Assembly: GCA_963801165.1 (NCBI GenBank) | Contig: CAWDDT010000004.1 | Span: 128,001 to 192,000 of the forward strand | Reading direction: 5' to 3' | DNA from: an uncultured bacterium | Lineage (GTDB): Bacteria > Actinomycetota > Acidimicrobiia > Spongiisociales > UBA5794 | Length of the DNA stretch: 64,000 bases | Part shown: piece after piece, positions 51,990 to 59,660 of the stretch | How positions within the stretch are numbered: the stretch's first letter is position 1 | How the letters are laid out: every line of letters begins with the position of its first letter | Position numbers and translations under genes: made by a program | The notes under the pieces: generated by a model | Told to the model about the DNA's origin: nothing | What the model saw: only the letters and a program-made list of their open reading frames with translations | The model's database searches: none

Positions 51990-52377
51990 CTATTGCGAGG
52001 CTTGGCTGTATGAGAACTCGCCGGTGATTCGTTGTCCTTCGACTGTTCGTTCTAGGCAGGTCCCCGTCCAGCCGGCTGGGAGTTCGACCGCGGTGAGGAC
52101 GTCGCATGAGGGTCGCGTACATCCGGTGGGTGTCCTCGGCCCGTAGTCGCACATAGATGATCGCTCCTTCGGAACTCGGGATCGCATACAGCTGATCACC
52201 TACTTCAGCAGCGATCAGTGCTTCCAACTCAGGAGTCGGGATATCGGCGTCGGTGATTTCGGTGGCATTGGCCATCAGTGTGGCGGTCGTCGCCTCGGTT
52301 GGGTCGGTGCCGGTCCCGGTCGCCGTGCAACCCATCAGCGATGCGGCAAAGATGACAGACGCTTTACGAAACCACAC
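51990..52377 (-). CDS. Small lipoprotein, frameshifted near 52110
   Basis: Lipobox LMGC; C-terminus continues in ORF 51990..52199. Confidence 0.55.
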
Positions 52378-52531
52378 GGCATCACCTCTTCAGCCAACGA
52401 TACATCAGGTCTCGATTACCCCCATAACAAAAAATACTGTGCGGCGGCGCTAGCCACCCCCGAAGCGCTGCCGCGTCGGGATGACCTTCCCAGCACTGAC
52501 CGCCCAGGATTGCCGAAGATGCGCGTTCTCT

Positions 52532-52945
52532 ATGATCCAGTCTGTGATCGAACCATTTCCCGAGGACCATGAACTCGTCTCGTTTTTCGAGACCCTTCCG
52601 ACATACCCTGAACGATCCACTTCCGACGACTACGAGATCCCTACGGCGTACCTCAAACAGGTTTACTCATCGAGCGCAGGGTCGTCTGCGGTGACCTTTT
52701 CCGTGGAACGAGCATCGGGTCTGGTAGATCTGGACGTCACTTCAGCCGACGGAATGAGCGTGAGGGTCGTTCTCCACTGGGTAGCGGCGATCTCGATCGA
52801 GGAGCACCCGCGCCTAGGAAAGACGCTGGTAGCGAAGCCAAGCCAGCCTGAACTCCGAGATCTCCGGCTGAGGCTCGGTCCGGAGCCCTCCATCAGTTGG
52901 GGAACAGAGATGTATCCGGATCGGCCCGCTGACCCCATCGTGTAG
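52532..52945 (+). CDS. Hypothetical protein (immunity-like?)
   Basis: Clean 137-aa ORF FPEDHELVSFFE..LRLRLGPEPSISWGT. Confidence 0.55.
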   Translation: MIQSVIEPFPEDHELVSFFETLPTYPERSTSDDYEIPTAYLKQVYSSSAGSSAVTFSVERASGLVDLDVTSADGMSVRVVLHWVAAISIEEHPRLGKTLVAKPSQPELRDLRLRLGPEPSISWGTEMYPDRPADPIV

Positions 52946-53411
52946 GTGCCGCGAGGAACGGTGCCTTCGTTGTGGCGCCGCCAAACCACCCCCGAAGCGC
53001 TGTGACACTCCGAGAACCTTCCCGGGCAATATCGCCAATTCTGCTGCAGTAACGATCAGTTTCGCCGACCGCCCGGGATCGTCACTGATGCGGGCATGGC
53101 TCGAACACGCACCGTGACAGGGTGCCTGCGCGTTTTCCCTGGATCGAAATCGGGTCACCCGCCTATTCCCGATCTCGTGGGCGGGTTGGGGGTCGACACG
53201 TCGGGGCGGTTGGCGGCATTCTCGAAGGCGGCGGTGTGCTCGGAGCTATGAGTAACCGAAGGGTCGGCATGTGCGGTGAAAGCCGGTGACGCCGGAAGGC
53301 TCGAAAGGACTGGGCGTGACATTCCCTCCTTGTCTTCTCCGGGTTGGCTGTCTTTTGTTCTCCATGGCCGCGCGCGTCGGGTGTTGCCGAGAGAGTGGGG
53401 CACAATAGGTT

Positions 53412-54092
53412 GTGATGGTTGTCAAGAAGGGCAATGTGAGTCTCGATTCCGACTCCTCCGACAAGGGGGAGCGTTTCGGCGGTCGCCTGTTACCCGTCTT
53501 TGTTGTCGTTCTGGCGGTGTTGGCCGCGGTGACCGTTTGGATTGCAGGTGTTGATGCCGGACCGTTCACAGCAGCAGACTCGACTCCATCGACGCCGGCT
53601 ACCCAGGTTTCCACGACTCAGGCTCCCTCGACTGGAACCTCGGTTGGTCCTTCAACATCGACAACGGTTGGCCCGGTCCGGGTGGTCACCGCACCAACAG
53701 GACCGGCTGCGGGATCAAACTCGCCGACGTGCGAGAACGCAGCCGAGCAGGCCGCGGTCGGGTTCTTCGCCGCAATGGCAAACGGGGATGCAGCCGAAGC
53801 CGAAACATTCTTCGCAACCGACGATTTCGACGGATACACAGAGGTTCCGCACAGGACAGACGACGCCGCCCGCGACCGCAACAGCCTCTTGGAGTACTTC
53901 CAGACTCGCGCAGCTACGGGCGCTGAGTTCCATCTGGTGAGTCGAACCTTCTACGGTGGGACAGATGACCGCCAGGCCAACTTCGGCGTTGACGTGCGCA
54001 ACGAGGACGGCGACAGCATCTCAGGCCAAGGCACTGTCAACTGTCAGACAGGCAAGATCATCGCCCTATTCCTCGTCCCGCTCATCGACTAG
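53412..54092 (+). CDS. Membrane-anchored protein with S/T/P linker and NTF2/SnoaL-like domain
   Basis: TM, ST-rich linker, FFAAMANGD..A..FF. Confidence 0.6.
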   Translation: MMVVKKGNVSLDSDSSDKGERFGGRLLPVFVVVLAVLAAVTVWIAGVDAGPFTAADSTPSTPATQVSTTQAPSTGTSVGPSTSTTVGPVRVVTAPTGPAAGSNSPTCENAAEQAAVGFFAAMANGDAAEAETFFATDDFDGYTEVPHRTDDAARDRNSLLEYFQTRAATGAEFHLVSRTFYGGTDDRQANFGVDVRNEDGDSISGQGTVNCQTGKIIALFLVPLID

Positions 54093-54331
54093 CGGCCAAT
54101 CTCAGGCAGGTGCGCGTCGGCATCCAGCGTGGCGACCGGCAGGCATCTAGCCCGACTGACGCATGCCGTACCATCAGAAGCTGGCCGCCCCAGATCAGCA
54201 TTATCCGAGCAAGAACGCTCCGTTTCCCGACCGCCCGGGAACGGCACGTCGGGGTGCGGGTCAGTGGCCACTCGCAGTGTCTGCTGAATGACGGGCGAGG
54301 CGGTCGAACTCCTCAGGCATGGACGGAACTC

Positions 54332-54360
54332 TTGAGACGTATCACGATACGTGATACGGT
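54332..54360 (+). promoter_or_regulatory. TA promoter with palindromic operator
   Basis: TTGAGA-17-TACGGT enclosing CGTATCACG-ATA-CGTGATACG; ATG follows 6 nt later. Confidence 0.7.
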
Positions 54361-54366
54361 CGTTGT

Positions 54367-54606
54367 ATGGCACAAGCAATCTCAGTCCGCCTTGACGATC
54401 GGGCGCTCCGTGCGCTTGGCCAACTCGAGGCAACCGGCATGACCCGCTCCGAAGCGATCCGTGCCGCTCTCGTCGAGGCAGCGTCTCGACTCCATGACAA
54501 GGCTGCCGTCGCTGCAGAAGTCGCCGCTCTCGAAGCCGACGACGACGATCGCGCCGAGATGCTGGCAGTTGCCGATCTGATGGAGAGCCTTCGTGCAGCG
54601 GGGTGA
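54367..54606 (+). CDS. RHH antitoxin
   Basis: AISVRLDD..RSEAIRAAL..DRAEM.AV..MESLR. Confidence 0.88.
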   Translation: MAQAISVRLDDRALRALGQLEATGMTRSEAIRAALVEAASRLHDKAAVAAEVAALEADDDDRAEMLAVADLMESLRAAG

Positions 54607-54910
54607 CATCTTCGCCCTGCGACTCCCCAAAGGGGTGGGGCACGAACAGAAGGGACGTCGCTTCGGTGTGGTCGTCCAGTCTGACGCGTTTCTGCCGCGG
54701 TCGGTGGTGCTGGTGGCACCGACATCGACCAGTGCCAAACCCGCTTCGTTCCGACCCGAAATCGAAATCGATGGAACCGCGACTCGGGTGCTTGTAGAGC
54801 AGGTTGGTGCTGTCGATGTGCAGCGCCTCGGTGATCTGGCCGGCCACCTCAGCCCGGAAGAACTATGGGGTGTCGATGCCGCTTTGCTCACCGTCCTCGG
54901 TCTCAACTGA
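54593..54910 (+). CDS. mazF: MazF/PemK toxin
   Basis: RGDI..GHEQ.GRR..VVVQSD..VAPTSTSA..EQ..AVD..RL. Confidence 0.92.
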   Translation: MQRGDIFALRLPKGVGHEQKGRRFGVVVQSDAFLPRSVVLVAPTSTSAKPASFRPEIEIDGTATRVLVEQVGAVDVQRLGDLAGHLSPEELWGVDAALLTVLGLN

Positions 54911-55139
54911 GCGCACCGATCACACCAATTCACGAGCAACAACGCACACTTCGCCGGGTGATCGGGATCGCGGTGAGCAGTCTTCCGCATCTCGGGGCGC
55001 GCTGGGGGCGCGGGAGAACGAAAAACGATGCAAACCACTGGGAGATGACCAAAGATGATGAGTAGTCAAAAACCATTGTGCTATAATGGTTTTCGGCAGA
55101 ATCCCCAGCGTGTCGCTGACTTCCGAGAAACGCCCCGAA

Positions 55140-55205
55140 CGGTCTTCAAAACCGTTGAGGGGGCGAAAGTCCCCTGGCGGGTTCGATTCCCGTCCGCCTC
55201 CGCCA
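55140..55205 (+). repeat. attR: duplicated 3' part of tRNA-Sec
   Basis: Identical to 44301-44366. Confidence 0.95.
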
Positions 55206-55237
55206 CGAGGAGCCCCGTCGGTTGGCGGGGCTCCTCG
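55206..55237 (+). terminator. Hairpin after attR
   Basis: CGAGGAGCCCCG/CGGGGCTCCTCG. Confidence 0.65.
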
Positions 55238-55378
55238 CCCCGTCAAATAAGGGTATTCCGGGCGCTGCCGTCGAGTTCGACGACGGCCCCGGAGCCCTTC
55301 GGGGCGCGCTCGGGGCGCGATAGGGCCGCGGAAGAATCAGTCGAGCATCGTTCGGGGCGTGTCGGCAGCGGTGTGGTA
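55238..55378 (-). pseudogene. 3' remnant of a sister integrase
   Basis: Near-identical to ~44369-44508; encodes ..LSRPERAPKGSGAVVELDGSARNTLI*. Confidence 0.75.
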
Positions 55379-55461
55379 CGCCAGCGCCGGCGTCGCACCG
55401 CCGGTATACGCTCCGTGACGACGACCGAAGTTCGCAGCGCACACCAAAGGAAGGACCAAGA

Positions 55462-56118
55462 ATGTCTCAGCTACTCCGAGTGCAGAACTTCTGCGTGTCG
55501 GCCGATGGGTTCGGCGCCGGTGAAGGGCAGAGTCTCGAACAGCCCTTCGGGCACGCCAAGAAGGCCGACCTCCCCGCCGACCTCGCCTCGTGGGCCTTTG
55601 CCACCGCGAGCTGGCCGAACCGGACCGATCCCGGCGGATCCCGGGGGCTGGACGACTACTTCGTACGCGACTTTGCCCGGAACATCGGTGCCGAGATCAT
55701 GGGCCGCAACAAGTTCGGTCCGCAGCGCGGCCCGTGGGAGAACCTCGACTGGCAGGGCTGGTGGGGAGACACCCCGCCCTTCCATACCCCTGTGTTCGTC
55801 CTCACCCACCATCACCGACCCAGCTTCACGCTGGCCGACACCACGTTTCATTTCCTTGATGCGACACCCGCGGAGGCGTTGCAGCGGGCCACCGACGCCG
55901 CTGACGGCAAGGACGTACGGCTCGGGGGCGGTGTCGCCACCGTTCGGCAGTTCTTGGAGGCCGACCTGGTCGACACCATGCACGTCGCCGTCGCGCCGGT
56001 AGAAATCGGTGACGGCGAGCGACTCTGGACCTCCCCCGAAGACCTGCTCGACCGGTTCCACCTCGAGTCCGTGCCGAGCCCCAGCGGCGTGACGCACCTG
56101 TTGTTCTGGCGTCGGTAG
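55462..56118 (+). CDS. Dihydrofolate reductase/RibD C-terminal family protein
   Basis: VSADG, IMGRNKF, PVFVLTH, GGG..VRQFL..LVD. Confidence 0.92.
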   Translation: MSQLLRVQNFCVSADGFGAGEGQSLEQPFGHAKKADLPADLASWAFATASWPNRTDPGGSRGLDDYFVRDFARNIGAEIMGRNKFGPQRGPWENLDWQGWWGDTPPFHTPVFVLTHHHRPSFTLADTTFHFLDATPAEALQRATDAADGKDVRLGGGVATVRQFLEADLVDTMHVAVAPVEIGDGERLWTSPEDLLDRFHLESVPSPSGVTHLLFWRR

Positions 56119-56182
56119 CCGACGACCGCCGTACCCACGCGAAAGGATCGGTCCTCCGAGCGTGCCGCCCGCCCGGGGCAGC

Positions 56183-56359
56183 TCAGTCTTCGCTTGCCTC
56201 GATGCGGCCGTCGCGCATCGTCAGCACCCGATCGGCAAGGTCGAGGATGCTGCGGTCGTGGATCGGGTCGACCCGGGTGATGCGGCGCACGCCGGCGAGC
56301 ACTTCGGCCATCCCGGTGAGCACGAGTGTTGCCCATGCAGCCAGCACCGGCCCCTGCTG
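56183..56359 (-). pseudogene. Chimeric duplicate of ABC ATPase and permease 3' ends
   Basis: 56183-56261 matches 57790-57868; 56261-56359 matches 58491-58589. Confidence 0.85.
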
Positions 56360-56387
56360 GTGCGAGTTGAGGGCTGCGATCGCCTGG

Positions 56388-56720
56388 TCACCGTGCCGCG
56401 GTGGTTGCTTGGGTTCCGACCGTCGTGGTCGGTCGGTTGCGGTGTCGTCGTTGCCGGAGCTTGTCGCCGGAACGGAACAGGAACGCGATCAGCACGAGAA
56501 TCAGGATCTGCGCCAGCCAGTACTGGCCGAGTCCATGCCCTTGCACCGCGCTGAGCCCGTCGACTCCAAAGAACCCCTTCGTGGCCGGGTGCGCGAGGTA
56601 TGCGGTTTGTATCGCGAGAGAGGCGTACCAGACGAGCGCCACGATGGTGATGGAGAGCGGGCGACGGCCCAACACGTACCCGCACCCGAATCCGACGATC
56701 AACCCGAAGATCAGCGTCAT
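56388..56720 (-). CDS. Small 3-TM protein
   Basis: GGAGG RBS; three hydrophobic segments. Confidence 0.65.
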   Translation of the reverse strand: MTLIFGLIVGFGCGYVLGRRPLSITIVALVWYASLAIQTAYLAHPATKGFFGVDGLSAVQGHGLGQYWLAQILILVLIAFLFRSGDKLRQRRHRNRPTTTVGTQATTAAR

Positions 56721-56740
56721 TTAGAACCTCCCAGTCCATT

Positions 56741-56781
56741 ACTCTGCGCTGCAGAGTCAGTAAACTCTACGTCGCAGAGTT
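56741..56781. promoter_or_regulatory. Two palindromes in a divergent promoter region
   Basis: ACTCTGC-GCT-GCAGAGT and AACTCT-N7-AGAGTT. Confidence 0.6.
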
Positions 56782-56802
56782 GCAGACGTCAAGGGAGGCG
56801 CA

Positions 56803-57369
56803 ATGGATCTCGACCCGACCGTCGACCGGCGGTTGTTGACCGAACTTCAGTCAAGGATCGACATCAACCGTCGCCGCGCAGGCGTGCTGACGTTCCCTCT
56901 CGTCGCGCTCGGGTTTGTCAACCTTGCGGCAGCGGTATGGTGCATGATCGCGGGTCGACGGCACATCCTGGTCTTCTACGCGCCGGTTCTACTCATGGTG
57001 ATCGTCGCCAGCCACCACCACGAACGTCGCATGGCCGACCACACCGGAGTGCAACTCCCGCTTCGAGATTGGGCCCTCGCAGCGTGCGCGCTGGCTGTTG
57101 CCAGCGCCTCGGTCTCCCGGGCGGGCGTGGCGCTCGAGCGCCCGCTCCTCGAAACGGCCGGACCGAACCTTGTGTGGGTGCTCGGCTATCACCTCCTCGG
57201 ACGGTGGGGCCGCAACCGGGTGCTGGTTCGCGCAACCGTTGCGATGGTGCCCGCCGCGGCTGCTGCCACACTGATTCTCTCCGGGGACGCGTTGGTGGCC
57301 GGCCAACTGACCATCGATGGCCTGCTCCTCCTCGCCGCGGCCCTGGCGAACACCGTCCCAGTCTTGTGA
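56803..57369 (+). CDS. Multi-TM membrane protein
   Basis: GGAGG RBS; about 6 TM. Confidence 0.7.
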   Translation: MDLDPTVDRRLLTELQSRIDINRRRAGVLTFPLVALGFVNLAAAVWCMIAGRRHILVFYAPVLLMVIVASHHHERRMADHTGVQLPLRDWALAACALAVASASVSRAGVALERPLLETAGPNLVWVLGYHLLGRWGRNRVLVRATVAMVPAAAAATLILSGDALVAGQLTIDGLLLLAAALANTVPVL

Positions 57370-57686
57370 CATCGCACCCGATACACCGGCTCGACGACGC
57401 CGTCCATCAACGCGTCCGGCTCGGCATTCTTGCGGCATGCGTCAACATGGCGAAGGTGGACTTCGCCTACCTGAAGTCGACCCTCGACCTTACCGACGGG
57501 AACCTTGGCCGGCACCTCGAGACCCTCGCACAAGCCGGTCTGATCACGATCGAGCGGGTGACTCAAGGGTCGCGCCAGCGGAGCTGGATCAAGCTCACCC
57601 GCAATGGCCGCCAAGCCCTCTTCCGGGAGATCGACGCCCTCCGCGAACTCCTCGACGGGATCGACCCAGCAACCCGAGACAGCTGA
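57366..57686 (+). CDS. Winged-helix regulator (HTH_34/MarR-like)
   Basis: LDD.VHQRVRLGIL..DF..LK..L.LTDGNL.RHL..L..AG; GTGA overlap. Confidence 0.9.
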   Translation: MTSHPIHRLDDAVHQRVRLGILAACVNMAKVDFAYLKSTLDLTDGNLGRHLETLAQAGLITIERVTQGSRQRSWIKLTRNGRQALFREIDALRELLDGIDPATRDS

Positions 57687-57789
57687 ACGCGAATCGCGCC
57701 ATGGATCGAGCCCAACCGCCGAGCGCGACATTCCCGGAGCGTTCCGCGCTAGGACCTGCGGCACGTGTCGCTTGCCCGCTCGAGGCAGG

Positions 57790-58470
57790 TCAGTCTTCGC
57801 TTGCCTCGATGCGGCCGTCGCGCATCGTCAGTACCCGATCGGCAAGGTCGAGGATGCTGCGGTCGTGGGTGACCAGCACGGTGCCGATGCCGCGGCGATG
57901 AGTCTCTTCCCGCAGCAGTTCGACGATCTCTCTGGCACGGGCGTGGTCGAGCGCTGATGTGGGCTCGTCGACCAGCAGCAGGGTGGGCTGGTTGATGAGT
58001 GCCCTGGCGATGCCGACCCGCTGACGTTCCCCGCCGGACAGTTGCCCGGGGCGCCGGCCGCTCTTATCTGTCAGTCCGACCTCTGCGAGCAGTTCGTTCG
58101 CCTCGGCAGCGACCGAGGCACCGGTGCGTCCCGCGACCCGGGCGGCGTAGATGAGCTGTTCTCTGGCTGTCAGCGCTTCGAAGAGGTTGGAGGATTGGAA
58201 CACGAACCCGATGTGGTCACGCCTGATTTGGGCTTGTTGCGGGCGGGCGGCATTAGTGATGTCGTTGCCGGCGATGGAGACGGTGCCGGAGGCCGGGGAG
58301 CGGAGCGCCCCGGCGACCGCCAGCAGGCTGGACTTGCCTGCGCCGGAGACGCCAACGACTGCGACCATCTCGCCCGGCTCGATGGTGAGCGTGACGTGGT
58401 CGAGGGCGACCACCTCTTCGTCGCCGTCTCCGAACGACAGGTACAGGTTGTCTAGTTGGAGCGAGCTCAT
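57790..58470 (-). CDS. ABC ATPase (LolD/HrtA-like)
   Basis: GVSGAGKSS, LSGGERQR, DEPTSALD, VTHD. Confidence 0.92.
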   Translation of the reverse strand: MSSLQLDNLYLSFGDGDEEVVALDHVTLTIEPGEMVAVVGVSGAGKSSLLAVAGALRSPASGTVSIAGNDITNAARPQQAQIRRDHIGFVFQSSNLFEALTAREQLIYAARVAGRTGASVAAEANELLAEVGLTDKSGRRPGQLSGGERQRVGIARALINQPTLLLVDEPTSALDHARAREIVELLREETHRRGIGTVLVTHDRSILDLADRVLTMRDGRIEASED

Positions 58471-59564
58471 TCGGCACCTCCCAGGGCGATGATCGGGTCG
58501 ACCCGGGTGATGCGGCGCACGCCGACGAGCACTCCGGCCATCCCGGTGAGCACGAGTGTTGCCGATGCGGCCAGCACCGGCCCCGGCTGCAGCGAGAAGG
58601 GCACGTCGCCGCCTGCGACGACGAGGCCGAGGGCGTAGCCGATGAGGGCGCCCGCCGTGGTGGCAGCGATGAGGATTATGAGGACCTGGCCCAGCGAGCC
58701 GATGAGCACGGACCGGGTGGATGCGCCGAGAGCCTTCTGGAGGCCTATCTCCTGGCGGCGCTGAATAGTCCATACCGTGAAGAACGCCCCGAGGATCATG
58801 GCGGCGATGACGTAGAGGAAGCCCCGGATCAGTGCCATCGTCGATGTCTCGGCCGCATAGCCGGGGGAGCCGCTGTAGGCCTCGCTCTTGGTGACGACGT
58901 CGACGTTGGACCGGGTCGCCGGCGCGGCAAGGTCGGTTCCACCGGGTGCGTTGATCGCCACGGCCGAGGCGAGGTCGGAGGAACTCGGGGAGGAACCGTA
59001 TGTGGCCTGGCGCCAGAGGTCGATAGGTGCGTATACGACGGCGACGTGACCGTAGGTGGCTTCGGAGGCTACCGCGACCACGGTCATGTCGAGGCCGGAG
59101 CGGTCAAGGACGATGTGGTCACCGACGCCGACTCCGGAGTCGGCAAGCCCCTGGCTGATCACGACGCCGCCGGATCCAGAGGTCAATTGGTCACCGTTGG
59201 TGATCGAGGTTGCGAGGAGGCCTCCGGGTTCGATTCCGAACAGGGTCATCTCGGTCGGCGTCCCGCCTGCCAACTTGGCGTTGAAGATCCCAACGCCAAG
59301 CGGTTCCGCCTGGACTCCAGCGACGCCGGCGAATGCGGAGACGGTATCCGAATCGACGGTGGAGCGGGTGAAAGTGCTGTGGCTGTTTGGGGAGAAGGCA
59401 AGGTTGGTGACGGGGAGGGCTCGCAACCCGGATATCCCATCGTCGACGAGGCCGCTGGCCAGGCCGGACAGCATGACGGTCAGGATTGCGACCAGGCCGA
59501 TGACGGACCCGACGAGGGCGAATCGGCCCCAGGCGTATCTGAGTTCTCGTAGTGCAAGGTACAT
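58467..59564 (-). CDS. MacB/FtsX-type permease (HrtB-like)
   Basis: MYLALRELR..RF, FFTVWTIQR..EIG..KALGAS, VDPIIALG. Confidence 0.88.
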   Translation of the reverse strand: MYLALRELRYAWGRFALVGSVIGLVAILTVMLSGLASGLVDDGISGLRALPVTNLAFSPNSHSTFTRSTVDSDTVSAFAGVAGVQAEPLGVGIFNAKLAGGTPTEMTLFGIEPGGLLATSITNGDQLTSGSGGVVISQGLADSGVGVGDHIVLDRSGLDMTVVAVASEATYGHVAVVYAPIDLWRQATYGSSPSSSDLASAVAINAPGGTDLAAPATRSNVDVVTKSEAYSGSPGYAAETSTMALIRGFLYVIAAMILGAFFTVWTIQRRQEIGLQKALGASTRSVLIGSLGQVLIILIAATTAGALIGYALGLVVAGGDVPFSLQPGPVLAASATLVLTGMAGVLVGVRRITRVDPIIALGGAE

Positions 59565-59660
59565 GTGGCTTCTCTTGTTGGCAGAAACGCCAAGTTATCT
59601 ACGGACCGTAGGTAAGTCAAGTTCACGACGCGGCGTAGGAAAGCCGGGTACCATCGCTGC

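Larger units (their letters stand above)
49484..54970 (+). repeat. Dispersed co-oriented inter-module repeat family (6 clear copies, 1 weak)
   Basis: Copies near 49484, 50190, 51308, 51879, 53030, 54192, 54919; consensus CCAATTCnnGnGCAATAACGnTCAnTTyGCCGACC..GAwCGGCAC. Confidence 0.75.
44301..55205. mobile_element. Integrative mobilizable element inserted in tRNA-Sec
   Basis: Identical 66-bp direct repeats 44301-44366 and 55140-55205; integrase, MobF relaxase, TA cargo. Confidence 0.92.

Noticed and set aside
53271-53285. GTGCGGTGAAAGCCG resembling group II intron domain V
   Set aside because: Flanks do not form the D5 stem; no domain VI or reverse transcriptase
49484-54970. Island repeats as CRISPR or integron attC
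   Set aside because: Too degenerate and separated by whole genes; no cas, no intI-type gene, no RYYYAAC..GTTRRRY hairpin seen
55140-55205. Second tRNA-Sec gene
   Set aside because: Lacks the 5' acceptor strand and D arm; it is the att duplication
56202-57365. N-terminus of the 494-aa ORF
   Set aside because: Shadow frame across other genes; only 57366-57686 has a recognisable domain
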